Assembly: GCA_963848135.1 (NCBI GenBank)
Contig: CAWKCK010000002.1
Coordinates: 62,001 to 126,000 of the forward strand
Direction: 5' to 3'
DNA: 64,000 nt
DNA from: an uncultured delta proteobacterium
Lineage (GTDB): Bacteria > Desulfobacterota > Desulfobacteria > Desulfobacterales > SG8-13
The translations under genes and the position numbers were made by a program. The stretch's first letter is position 1. Each line of letters starts with the position of its first letter. The notes under the pieces were generated by a model that was given only the letters and a program-made list of their open reading frames with translations, searched no databases and had not been told where the DNA came from. Of this stretch, positions 17,814 to 27,559 are shown piece after piece.

Positions 17814-19040
17814 TCATAAGATCAGGCAGTCTGCGACAAGTTCCCAGAGGTATTTGACCTCGAGGTTTTTCATGCCGTAGTTTTCCTTTATATTGTTGAT
17901 CTGCCCGTGACAACTGTGGCAGGGGACCACGATCATTGACGCTCCGGTCGCCTTGATCTGTTCCATTTTTCTGCGGCCGTAGAAAATCCGTTCATCGTTG
18001 TATCCTGTTGTCAGCGCGCCGCCGCCACCGCCGCAGCAGATCTGGTGCTCCCTGCTGGGGTAAAGGTCTTGCCAGTTCTCGAGACACTGATCCATGACCC
18101 ATCTTGGTTCATTATAGAATCCGTGCCCGAACAGCTTTTCGGCTTTGCGGCAGTAATTGCAGGGGTCGTGATAGGTGGCGAGGGCATTGAAACGGGATTT
18201 ATCCAATTTGATGCGGCCCTCTTTGATATAGTTAATGAGCAAATCGAACACGGTGTATGTGCCGATTTTATTTAAAATCTCAGGGTACCATTTTTCGAGA
18301 CCAGACCTGGTCGAAAGGTAGGCGTGACCTCATTCCGGCCACATAAGATTTTTTATTTCCAGGGTTTCAAGCTGCTCGACAATTCGTCCCGCCATTGTTT
18401 TCATGGCGGTATCGTCACCGGTGAAGAATCCCCAACTGGTTCCTTCCCAGGCATTGGAGGTGATGGTCCAGTCTTCACCGGCGGCATGGAAGATCTTCCA
18501 CCAGTGTTTGAGGTCTTCAGTGTGTGTATTCACCAGCTTGTTGTGAATCGTAGACAAAATATTGGCGCCTTTCTTATCGATCGGCACCTCAAATGTTTCA
18601 AATCCCGGTTCTTCGGCCAATTCTTCGGCCACGTCCTGAACGATAAAAATAAAATCATCTTGGGGCAGTCCGAGGTTGTTGCCGGTCCGCATGGCGGCAT
18701 CGACGCCCTTGTGCAGTATGCCCGGTACGTGTTCCCGATCCCTGAGGGAACGGATACCGCGCATGATGTTCGGGATGTCGATTTCCATTGGGCAAAGATA
18801 TTCACATTTGGCGCACATGGTGCAGATCCAGGGCCATCGCGCCGCGACGATTTCATTTTCTGCGCCCAGGGCGGTCAGGCGGACGATTTTACGCGGATCG
18901 AATCCGTCTATACCCGATGCGGGGCAGGCGCTGGCGCACAGGCCACATGTCAGGCAGACATCCTGTGAATACGGCCATGACTCGAAACGCTCGCAGTCGA
19001 GAGCCTCTATATCGATCGGGGTTTTCGGTTTGTCGCTCAT
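17814..19040 (-). CDS. HdrD/DsrK-like Fe-S oxidoreductase (2x[4Fe-4S] + CCG domain), probable selenoprotein with Sec at TGA 18330-18332
   Basis: ORFs 18330..19040 and 17814..18251 are in one frame, separated only by one TGA in WPE-*-GHAY (family motif ECGHA); CLTCGLCASACP, CTMCAKCEYLCP, YHDPC, CCGGGG, PCHSC. Confidence 0.88.
18293..18329 (-). promoter_or_regulatory. Bacterial SECIS-like hairpin immediately 3' of the in-frame TGA
   Basis: Minus strand TGA-GGTCACGCCTACC-TTTCGACCA-GGTC-TGGTCTCGAAA; the core CAGGTCTG matches the E. coli fdhF SECIS apical region as I recall it. Confidence 0.8.
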
Positions 19041-19075
19041 CTATCACCTCTGGTCGTGGATTAATTCTTTCGTTC

Positions 19076-20653
19076 TTAGGGTTTTTCCATTTCATGCAAT
19101 TTTTGGGAAAAGCCCCGTATGATTTGTCCGAATTCGGTTTCCATGTTGGCTGCAAGTGTGCTGATGGCCAGACAGTTACCACCGCGGCCGATGCTGTCGA
19201 GAAGAACGGTCAGATGTTCGACACGCCTGTGGGCATGCTGGTTACCGGTTTCGGAATGGCAATTGCCGTCGTGGCAAGTGAGGACCAGAACGCCTGCGGC
19301 GCCGTGACAAAACGCCTCGAGAATAAATTCGGTGGACAGGGCGCCGGCGCAGGGGACTGTCACCACTTTCAGATTGGCCGGTATCTGATGGCCGGATTCG
19401 ACAGCCAGGCGGCTCGCCTGTGCGGCAGACCGGCTGCAACAGAAAGCCACAATCGCCGGATCGGTATCCGTTGTTTGACGGATGCCGGCACCCCTAATGT
19501 GATTCCCGACCTCGGCATCGAGATCCCCCAGCCGGATGGCCTTACGGGGGCATTCGGCGAAACATATGCCGCAGCCGGCACAGGCGTCGGCTGTGATCTC
19601 GATCCGTTTGCCTCGCTTTATTGCTCGATGGGGACACAACCGGTAGCATGTAAGGCAACGGATGCATTGACCGGTGTTAATTTCAGCCGTTACAACCGTG
19701 TGTTGCAGCGTCGTGTTGTCCAGACCGAGAACCGCTAGGGCGGCGCAGGCCGCCTCCGTAACGTAATCGTCTACCGAAAGGACCGCCCTGGCCGGACCCA
19801 CCGCCAGTATCCCTCGGCGGTTGGTGTTTACCGGTAGGCGATGAACGTTCTCTGTTTGCAAAAAACCGGCCGAATCGGTGTCGATTCTTAATATTTCGGC
19901 CAGGTTGGCCAGGTAAGCGGACGGGACAATGGTTTCGTCCACGACGATAATATCCGGTACGGCGCGGTAGATATGATCGGTGATTTCATCCCGGAATTCA
20001 ACTTCCCAGCCGTTGTTTTCAATCTGGTGGAGAGTTGGCAACGCGTCGGTAAACTTGAAAAAAAGCGCGCCGGAAGCCTTGGCCTGGCAATAAAGCGCTT
20101 CAAGCCCGCTACCGGCGACCTTCAGGTTGCCGGTAAGGACATGGGTCCGGGTACCGGGGAGAGTTTGCAGTGTTTGGGCGTAGTGCATGATTTCAGCAGC
20201 GATAACCGGCTCGCTCTCACGGGTGATACCGTTCAGAAAGACGATTTGCTTATTTTCAAAAGTACCGGCATCATTTTGGAGGTCTATGGCGAAATCGGAA
20301 AGTGTGCGGACGGACGGGCCCGCCTGAAGGGCGTAGTCTTCTATATTTTCTTTCCGGCGATTTTCTACAGCGATGACGATACTCGCCACCTGGCGATGTA
20401 TTTTTTCGCCGCTTTGGTCGAATGCGACTGCGAATTGTCCGACGAACCCTTTGCAGTCATTCAACCGCGCACCAGTGAGCACTTCTATAGACGCAGCAGC
20501 AACCGTTTGCGGTTGAGCCCGATTCAGTTTTACAAATTCGTCCTGCGCCCCATCTGTGTGGGCCAGAATGACGCTGCATCCCTGGGTCACGAGTTGTCGG
20601 GACACCGTCAAGGCGCAGATGCCGCTGCCGATTATCAATGTTGGGAGTGCCAA
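19076..20653 (-). CDS. HdrA-like flavoprotein fused to ferredoxin and MvhD domains (QmoB-like architecture)
   Basis: IIGSGICA, HdrA-like core, CIRCLTCYRLCP and CAGCGICFAECP, then MvhD-like AFCC...VPCAG...CHDGNCH; TTG start with GAGG RBS. Confidence 0.85.
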   Translation of the reverse strand: MALPTLIIGSGICALTVSRQLVTQGCSVILAHTDGAQDEFVKLNRAQPQTVAAASIEVLTGARLNDCKGFVGQFAVAFDQSGEKIHRQVASIVIAVENRRKENIEDYALQAGPSVRTLSDFAIDLQNDAGTFENKQIVFLNGITRESEPVIAAEIMHYAQTLQTLPGTRTHVLTGNLKVAGSGLEALYCQAKASGALFFKFTDALPTLHQIENNGWEVEFRDEITDHIYRAVPDIIVVDETIVPSAYLANLAEILRIDTDSAGFLQTENVHRLPVNTNRRGILAVGPARAVLSVDDYVTEAACAALAVLGLDNTTLQHTVVTAEINTGQCIRCLTCYRLCPHRAIKRGKRIEITADACAGCGICFAECPRKAIRLGDLDAEVGNHIRGAGIRQTTDTDPAIVAFCCSRSAAQASRLAVESGHQIPANLKVVTVPCAGALSTEFILEAFCHGAAGVLVLTCHDGNCHSETGNQHAHRRVEHLTVLLDSIGRGGNCLAISTLAANMETEFGQIIRGFSQKLHEMEKP

Positions 20654-20689
20654 GTTAACACCTCTGCATTCATTTACTCAATTTTGACG

Positions 20690-21745
20690 TTACTGCTTGA
20701 CCGCTGCTTTCAGGAACATGGCAGCTGCCAATGCCGCCCGGTCGGCCGAGGCAATGGACTCGGCAATGCTCATGGGACCGCCAACGGTTCCGGCAGTGAA
20801 AATACCGCCATCGGTTATGGCGGCATCTTTATCGTTGGATGGTATGAAGTCGGATTCCACAGTTGCGAGTCCGAACATGGCCGCCATATCACGGCTCTCC
20901 GCTGAAGGCGTGATTCCGATGGAAAGTACCAGCATATCGAAAAGTTCCTCGCGGCTTTCAGCGGCGCCTGTGTCGTAAAAAACAACCTTAAGACGATCTT
21001 CAGGTGTGCGGTAGACCTCGCCCGGAATCGCACGGATCATACGGATTTCATTTTTAACATCGTCGTAGAACTGCTGAAAGGTTTTACCGAAGGTTTGCAC
21101 GTCGATGTAAAAAAAGGCAATCTCGGTTTCCGGGCACCTCATTTTTATAAGGCGGGCCATGCGCAGGGCGGATGCACAGCACACCTTAGAACACCACGGG
21201 TGGCCAAGTTTGGCATCCCGACTTCCCACACACTGGACAAATGCCATACGGGCCGGGGTGCGACCGTCCGAGGGGCATTCGGGAATGCTGCTTTGCCTCA
21301 GCATCCTCTCCAGGTCGAGGTTCGTGACGACGTTCGGCAGTTTTTTGTACCCGTAGGGCATGCGCTGTGGGTCGAAAGGGCTGAAGCCGGAAGCAATGAT
21401 GACCGCCTGGGCCTCGCAATCAAAGTCATGCGACTCTGCTGTTGAGGGAGATTGCGAGATGGATGCCCGAAAATTATCTGGTTTTTCAACCCGGTCGATC
21501 CGGCTGTTGGTATGCACTTCTATTTGTGGATCTTCGATAACCTGCCCGATTTTTTCTGACACGATGCAGGCCCCGCATTTAACACAGGCATCGGTGGCCT
21601 TGCAGGTATACTGAGCGGCGAATCCGCCCAACCGGTCGGATTGCTCGACGATAACCGATCGAATTTTCAGGTGCGACAGACCGAGGGCTGCCGCAAGTCC
21701 GGCGATACCGCCGCCGACGATTAACACTTGGCTGTCAGATTGCAT
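20690..21745 (-). CDS. Short HdrA-like flavoprotein (QmoA-like)
   Basis: VLIVGGGIAG, YGYKKLPNVVTNLDLE, FVQCVGSRD, WCSKVCC, FYIDVQTFGK, GIFTAGTVGGPMSI. Confidence 0.88.
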   Translation of the reverse strand: MQSDSQVLIVGGGIAGLAAALGLSHLKIRSVIVEQSDRLGGFAAQYTCKATDACVKCGACIVSEKIGQVIEDPQIEVHTNSRIDRVEKPDNFRASISQSPSTAESHDFDCEAQAVIIASGFSPFDPQRMPYGYKKLPNVVTNLDLERMLRQSSIPECPSDGRTPARMAFVQCVGSRDAKLGHPWCSKVCCASALRMARLIKMRCPETEIAFFYIDVQTFGKTFQQFYDDVKNEIRMIRAIPGEVYRTPEDRLKVVFYDTGAAESREELFDMLVLSIGITPSAESRDMAAMFGLATVESDFIPSNDKDAAITDGGIFTAGTVGGPMSIAESIASADRAALAAAMFLKAAVKQ

Positions 21746-21938
21746 TGGTGAAAATCTCCCGCTGAAAAACCCAATGGTAAGATTGCGTCATACTGACTAT
21801 TCTTTGTGCGCTGGCATCGTTGTCTAATCCACTGTTGTTAAATTTATATAATAATCATCGTCTCCGGTCGTTGGTAACTCATGGAATTGTCAAACTCTGG
21901 GAGTCTCCACATCAAAGCTGGGGGATTACCGATGAATA

Positions 21939-22454
21939 TTATTTATTCGATTTTTTATAAGCTGTGACGATCCCTTCGATGCGATGGATCACATCGCTGG
22001 TGAGGGCGTCGGCCTTTTCGCTGGAGATCGTGCCGATGTCGGCCGAGAGACGCGCCGCGGTTTCCTCATCGATTTCGGTAATTTTGTTGATCAGAAATGT
22101 ATCCGCTTCGCCATCGTCCAGTAAAAGGCCGCAGGCGCCGACGGCGCCAATAAAGGTATCATCAAAAAAGATAGGTACGACGATCTTGACCAACCCGGCA
22201 TCGCATTCCTCAACCACTGGCTTCCGGGTCTGTTTGGCCTGGGTGGCAATGTTCATGTGGGCCACTGCACAGATAAAGCTTTGCCCCTTGTCAGTCGCTT
22301 TTACGGCCGGGCACAGCTTATTCACCCACTGCTTGAACTCGGAGATACGAACGCCATCGGTGTTGAAGACATTGACATCCATGCCGTACCGATTGTGGAT
22401 ATCATTTTCAAGTTCGACCCATTTCTCAAGCGGTAAAATGTCGGTCAGCTTCAT
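21939..22454 (-). CDS. Stand-alone PocR ligand-binding-domain protein
   Basis: MKLTDILPLEKWVELE..., conserved Cys (KLCPAVK, FICA, EECDAGL..IVVPI...FIGAVG); no output domain. Confidence 0.75.
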   Translation of the reverse strand: MKLTDILPLEKWVELENDIHNRYGMDVNVFNTDGVRISEFKQWVNKLCPAVKATDKGQSFICAVAHMNIATQAKQTRKPVVEECDAGLVKIVVPIFFDDTFIGAVGACGLLLDDGEADTFLINKITEIDEETAARLSADIGTISSEKADALTSDVIHRIEGIVTAYKKSNK

Positions 22455-22498
22455 GTCGGCTCCTTCCATAATAGAGAGTATCCTTTTCCCGTGTGTGG

Positions 22499-23512
22499 TT
22501 ACACCGTTTTGTGCTCATTTTCAAGCCACTCTTTCAGACGTTGCAAGCCGACCGTCGTGGATACCTTGGGGCGGTAACCGAGATCTTTACAGGCGGCGCC
22601 GATATCGAACCAGTGGGCCGAGGCCAGCTCCTCGGCGACGAACCGCGTCATTTGCGGTTCCCCATTGAGGCGCAGGGTGCGATGAACCCATTCGAGCACG
22701 GTTCCGATCACCATGGCCTTATTTAAAGAAATGGATTTTTGTACCGGTTTGTGGCCGCCGGCCTTTAAAATAGCGTTCACCATGTCCCAGAGGGGAATCG
22801 GTTCGCCCTGGCTGATGAAGTAAATACGGCCGGAAAGTTCGGGTCGTGATTTCAGGGCCACTGCTGCGAGAAGGTGAGCTTCGGCGGCATTGTCGATATA
22901 AACCGTGTCGACCAGATTGCGACCGTCCCCAATCCGCCGCAGCCGGCGGGCCCGTTCAATAATTCGTGGAACGAGATGGTTATCTCCCGGTCCCCAGATC
23001 AGATGCGGGCGCAGAATAATGGTTCTAACACCCTCCGAGGAGGCCCTGACAACGGCCTGTTCGGCCAGCGCCTTGGTGCGGGGGTAGGGGGATCGATAGC
23101 GTACCGGGTACGGCACCGATTCATCGACCCCTTCCATATCGCTCCCGTTAAAAACGACGCTGGGAGAGGAGGTATATACCAGGGCAGCGGTACCGACGGC
23201 TTTGCATGCAGCGATGATGTTTTGCGTTCCAATGACGTTGGTCTCATAGTAATCGGAGTCGCGTCCCCAGACACCGGTTTTTGCCGCCACGTGATAGACG
23301 GTGTCAATGTCTTTGCAGGCGGCGGCAACGGCGCCAAAGTCACTGATGTCCCCCTGATATTGTTCAACACCCGTCCTGTTAAGGGCCGGATGAAAGTGGC
23401 GTGAGAAGCTGCGCACCTGCGCCCCCTCTGCCAGAAGTCTCCTGACGACGGCATGTCCGAGAAAACCACCGCCGCCGGTAACGAGAGCTGTCGGTATTTT
23501 ACGGGTCGTCAT
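22499..23512 (-). CDS. oleD: 2-alkyl-3-oxoalkanoate reductase (3-beta-HSD-like SDR)
   Basis: LVTGGGGFLG, HVAAKTGVWG, YTSSPSVVF, YPRTK, LRPHLIWGPGD; last gene of an oleABCD order. Confidence 0.88.
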   Translation of the reverse strand: MTTRKIPTALVTGGGGFLGHAVVRRLLAEGAQVRSFSRHFHPALNRTGVEQYQGDISDFGAVAAACKDIDTVYHVAAKTGVWGRDSDYYETNVIGTQNIIAACKAVGTAALVYTSSPSVVFNGSDMEGVDESVPYPVRYRSPYPRTKALAEQAVVRASSEGVRTIILRPHLIWGPGDNHLVPRIIERARRLRRIGDGRNLVDTVYIDNAAEAHLLAAVALKSRPELSGRIYFISQGEPIPLWDMVNAILKAGGHKPVQKSISLNKAMVIGTVLEWVHRTLRLNGEPQMTRFVAEELASAHWFDIGAACKDLGYRPKVSTTVGLQRLKEWLENEHKTV

Positions 23513-23548
23513 GACAAGATTTAACCTTCAGACCGAAGCAAAACGGCA

Positions 23549-25246
23549 TCACGCAAGCTGCGTTTGCGCCCACCGCGCAAGCTTCTCACGGAATATCTTG
23601 GCGTTATGGCGGATATCCACCGGAAATTCGGTGGGATAGAGTATGTTTTCAATCGTTCGGGTGATATGGCTACTGCGGGCAAGCGTAATAAGCTCACGCG
23701 TGATCTGATTTCGATTTTTTCTCCTTGCGTCCGGTTCGAGCTCGATACACATGACCGGTTCCTGTCGGGGCGCTCGGCCGACACCTACGAGAGCACTGCG
23801 GTACACGCCAGGATGATTGTTGAAAATGGCTTCGCAGGGGATGGTGAACAGGGTTCCCCCATCGGTGATGACCCGCTGGCTTTTGCGGCCGTAGAACCAA
23901 ATTCTGCCTTGTTCATCGATACGGCCCAAATCTCCCATACGGTGCCAGAATGTTTCGCCATCCCTTATCTTTGCTAAAGCATCGGCGTCCGGGCGGTCGA
24001 AATATTGACGGGTCACTTGGTCGCCTTTGACGGTGATTTCACCCACGGCACCGTTCTCGACGAGTTCGGCATCGGACCAGCTGCCGAGGGCATGATCGCT
24101 AATGGCGATGATGCGCACTTCGATTGTGTCAAGGGGGCGGCCGACGCAAACCCCGCGTCCCTGTTCGCTCAACGTTCGTGTTTCGGCAAGAATTTCACGA
24201 CCCGTGATCGAAGACACCGGCATGGCTTCAGTCGCACCGTAGCCGGTATGGATCTCGGCATTGCCGCAAATCAGTGTCGAAAACTGCTCGATGTTGGCCG
24301 GCATTATCGGGGCTCCGGCGGAGATGACCCGTCTGAGGGATGGCAGTTTGACGCCGTTTTCCTTTCCATATCGACCGACTCTGTGGAGGAGGGCGGGTGA
24401 TGCGAACATATTGGTCACACCGTTCGATTCTACAGCCTCGATAATATTCACTGGATCGACATGAGCCGGTCGGGTCGGGTCCATATCGGGAATGACAGCC
24501 GTCATGCCGAGCGCTGGATCAAACAGGGCAAACAAGGGGAAGGTGGGCAGATCGATTTCATCGGTAGCAATTCCATAATGACTCCTGATCGTGTCTATTT
24601 GAGTCGCAAACACCCCGTGGGTGTATACGACCCCCTTGGCCGGGCCGGTACTACCGGTGGTAAACAGGATGGCTGCCGTTTCGTCGCGTCGCGTTTGTGC
24701 CAGAGGGTAGGGATCCATCCGAAGGTGGCGAAGTTCCGTCAGGCTGTGATGATTCCAAAATCGCCTCCGTCCGGCGACAATCCAGGTTTTGATAGATCTG
24801 AAAAACCGGGGGTACAGGGCCCGCAGAATATGGGCCTTGGGAATACCGATAAAGGCCGTGGGGCCTGATTGTTTGAAACAGCCGACCATACGCTTGAGGC
24901 CCATTCCCGGATCGACAACGACAGGCACGGCGCCGGTTTTGAACAGCGCAAAGGTCAGAACGAAAAAATCCAAACTGGGTTTGACCATCATAATGGTACG
25001 CGTCCCGCGCACGATCCCAACGTTTTCAAGCCCCCATGCCAGATGGTCAGAGTCACGATCCAATTGCTGGAATGTCAAATGAGAGTAGGATAACCGGCCA
25101 TACGCATCATGACCGTGCGGGTAAAGTACAGCGCGCTTGTAGGGTTGAATCCGCGCCATCCGCTTCAGAGATGACGCCACGTTGAAAAGGTTGCTCGGCG
25201 CGGCAGGCTCATCGGGGGATATTAATTTTATTGGTGACATTGACAT
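23549..25246 (-). CDS. oleC: Olefin beta-lactone synthetase (AMP-dependent ligase)
   Basis: AILFTTGSTGPAKG, DLPTFPLFALFDPALG, YGATEAMPVS, WHRMGDLG, FPVDIRHNAKIFREKL. Confidence 0.9.
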   Translation of the reverse strand: MSMSPIKLISPDEPAAPSNLFNVASSLKRMARIQPYKRAVLYPHGHDAYGRLSYSHLTFQQLDRDSDHLAWGLENVGIVRGTRTIMMVKPSLDFFVLTFALFKTGAVPVVVDPGMGLKRMVGCFKQSGPTAFIGIPKAHILRALYPRFFRSIKTWIVAGRRRFWNHHSLTELRHLRMDPYPLAQTRRDETAAILFTTGSTGPAKGVVYTHGVFATQIDTIRSHYGIATDEIDLPTFPLFALFDPALGMTAVIPDMDPTRPAHVDPVNIIEAVESNGVTNMFASPALLHRVGRYGKENGVKLPSLRRVISAGAPIMPANIEQFSTLICGNAEIHTGYGATEAMPVSSITGREILAETRTLSEQGRGVCVGRPLDTIEVRIIAISDHALGSWSDAELVENGAVGEITVKGDQVTRQYFDRPDADALAKIRDGETFWHRMGDLGRIDEQGRIWFYGRKSQRVITDGGTLFTIPCEAIFNNHPGVYRSALVGVGRAPRQEPVMCIELEPDARRKNRNQITRELITLARSSHITRTIENILYPTEFPVDIRHNAKIFREKLARWAQTQLA

Positions 25247-25417
25247 TTACTGGTATCGATCGCTGATGCTTTCAACCGCGACAGTTTTTTTCTACATATG
25301 AGTTGGCGTTTAAACGGCTTTCAAATAATAAATTCTGCAATAGGGAAGGGTAGTATAAACGGAACGTTTTTTTGACAACCACTATACTGCCGTGGGAACT
25401 GAATGACCACCCTTAAT

Positions 25418-26335
25418 TCAGAGCGGGTGGCTTTGCAAGAATCGATCGACCAGGGTCAGAATCTGCTGCGGCACGTCTTCCAGGATATAGTGACCGGCAT
25501 CGGGAAACAAATGGACTTCAGCCCCGGAAAACCGGCGCCGCCATTCAGACAGATAGTCGCTATCAAATACGAAATCATGCGCCCCCCAACAGATTAGCAT
25601 CGGCAGGTTCTTTAATTTGTGAAGATTTTCATCCACATGTTTTACCAAGGCATAGCTCGGGTCGGCTGTCGACAGCGGGATGTCGCGCACAAACATAAGG
25701 GTGGCCCGGCGATTGTTCCAGCAGTTATAAGGCGCTGCCAGACCGGCACGCACCGCTGGGTCGAGTCGTCTTTGCGGTGCCATCAGCAGGGCGCCCTGAA
25801 CGAACAGGTTACCACCCAAAACAGCCGGTTTGGCTAAAAAATCGATGTTTCGGATCAACTGTAACCGCAGGGGGAGGCGTTTTCCCCGTGGCGGCAAGAA
25901 AGCGGCCGTATTTAAAATAACGAGCCGTCCGATCATTTCTATCCGGCGCAGCGCTACAGCCAACCCGATCATCCCGCCCCAGTCGTGGAGCACCAGGGTC
26001 AGTTTTTTCTTGAGGCCCATTTTCGCGATAAACCGATCCAAGTCATCGACACGGCTTTGGAGCCGATAGTCATACCGGTCGATTCCGGGTTTATCTGATA
26101 GACCGCAACCGATGTGATCCGGCGCAATGGTGCGATAACGGCGCGAGAGCCCCTTGACCAGTTCGCGAAAGAAAAACGACCAGGTGGGATTACCGTGAAT
26201 CATGACGATCGGGTCACCGGATCCTTGGTCCAGATAGTGATATTTGAGCCCATTCCGGTTTACGAAATGCGAGGAAAACGGATACAGTTGATGCCATCGG
26301 GAACGATCGACGGGTTTGTTTTTATACATAACCAT
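25418..26335 (-). CDS. oleB: Beta-lactone decarboxylase (haloalkane-dehalogenase-like alpha/beta hydrolase)
   Basis: HGNPTWSF, PDHIGCGLSDKP, HDWGGMIG, WGAHDFVFD, AGHYILED; between oleA and oleC. Confidence 0.9.
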   Translation of the reverse strand: MVMYKNKPVDRSRWHQLYPFSSHFVNRNGLKYHYLDQGSGDPIVMIHGNPTWSFFFRELVKGLSRRYRTIAPDHIGCGLSDKPGIDRYDYRLQSRVDDLDRFIAKMGLKKKLTLVLHDWGGMIGLAVALRRIEMIGRLVILNTAAFLPPRGKRLPLRLQLIRNIDFLAKPAVLGGNLFVQGALLMAPQRRLDPAVRAGLAAPYNCWNNRRATLMFVRDIPLSTADPSYALVKHVDENLHKLKNLPMLICWGAHDFVFDSDYLSEWRRRFSGAEVHLFPDAGHYILEDVPQQILTLVDRFLQSHPL

Positions 26336-26357
26336 ATAACTTGTCAGTTGTTTGCCT

Positions 26358-27398
26358 TCACCATTCTATGCCGATCATCAGGCAGTTCAGTCCGCTGCCG
26401 ATGCCGAGAAAGCCGACCTTGTCGCCAGGATTGAACCTGTCCCTGGTTTTTGCAATGCCAGCGGTGATCGGTAGCGAAACCGAGCCGATGTTTCCGAGAT
26501 AACGGAAGGTGGTAAAGTCTTTTTCGACGGAAATGCCGATCGATTTTAAAATGTTTCTCTGATGGGTTTCGCCCACTTGATGACAGACGATCCAGTCGGG
26601 GTCATCTGCACGCCATTCGAGTTCATTTTTGAGTGCCCTGAACGTTTCGGCCCCCAATCGAACCCCGTTGCTAAGGATGCCCATGGAATTGGTTTCAATG
26701 AAATGCCGGCCGTCGGGTGACATCTCTGTATCCGTGCCCCACATGCAGAGTTTGTGGTATTGGTTGGCATGACGAACAGTTCCCCCGAGCAACCGGTGTC
26801 CGCTGGGGGAAAGCGATGCGTCACACAACAGAACCGCCACGGCCCCGGACCCGCCAGTCAGGGTGGCGATATTTTTCGTGAAAAACCCCATCTCGCGGGT
26901 CTCGTTCAAACGTTTTATGGTCATTTCGACGATTTCCCGTGAAGTTTCGCATGCCGTGACCAACCCGGCCCGAATCTGTCCGAGTTCGATGGCATTGGCG
27001 ACCTGGACCATGCCGTTGAGAACACCCAAGCAGGCGTTTGAAACGTCATACACGAGCGCCTGTGGCGGAAGATTCAATCCATGGGAAACCTCGCAGGCGG
27101 TGGCCGGTTCGATATTGTCGCGGCAGACGGCGCCGTATATCAGCATGCCGATCTCCTCGACAGGAACACTGGTCTCCTGCAGCGCTTTGTGGCCCGCCAG
27201 AATGGCACCTTCTGCCATTTTGAATCCGGAATCCCAGAAACGGCGTTCTTGGATACCGGTCAAGGCTTCAAGTTGTCCTTTTGGGAATCGCAGGGCTTGG
27301 TAAAGCGGTTGCAGGCGATTTTCGAGATCGTCGGATGTCACAACATTGGACGGAAGTTCGTAGCCGATGGCATCAATTCTGGTACGGGTAAACCGCAT
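26358..27398 (-). CDS. oleA: Head-to-head acyl condensing enzyme (thiolase/FabH fold)
   Basis: EPATA, YDVSNACLG, TLTGGSGA, CHQVG, GNIGSVSLP, LGIGSGLNC. Confidence 0.9.
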   Translation of the reverse strand: MRFTRTRIDAIGYELPSNVVTSDDLENRLQPLYQALRFPKGQLEALTGIQERRFWDSGFKMAEGAILAGHKALQETSVPVEEIGMLIYGAVCRDNIEPATACEVSHGLNLPPQALVYDVSNACLGVLNGMVQVANAIELGQIRAGLVTACETSREIVEMTIKRLNETREMGFFTKNIATLTGGSGAVAVLLCDASLSPSGHRLLGGTVRHANQYHKLCMWGTDTEMSPDGRHFIETNSMGILSNGVRLGAETFRALKNELEWRADDPDWIVCHQVGETHQRNILKSIGISVEKDFTTFRYLGNIGSVSLPITAGIAKTRDRFNPGDKVGFLGIGSGLNCLMIGIEW

Positions 27399-27559
27399 GT
27401 TATTAGGTCCAAAATATAATGTAATAGTTGATAATAATATATATATATAACTGTAATAATATTTAAATATAACAAATGATACTTAAAATCTTCATCCGCT
27501 ACGCAGGCGGCACTCATTAGAGACCGTAAGCGAAAGGATCTGATGATCGGCCGACATTT

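Noticed and set aside
17814..18332. Reading the Fe-S gene as two genes or a nonsense pseudogene
   Set aside because: Single TGA at a conserved Cys position, no frameshift, and a SECIS-like hairpin downstream.
21835..21853. Possible Rex operator upstream of the hdrA-like gene (TTGTTAAATTTATATAAT)
   Set aside because: Only the left half resembles the Rex palindrome.
27437..27449. (AT)6 tract upstream of oleA, and another at 2371-2382, as phase-variation switches
   Set aside because: Short tracts in AT-rich intergenic DNA; no evidence of length variation from a single sequence.
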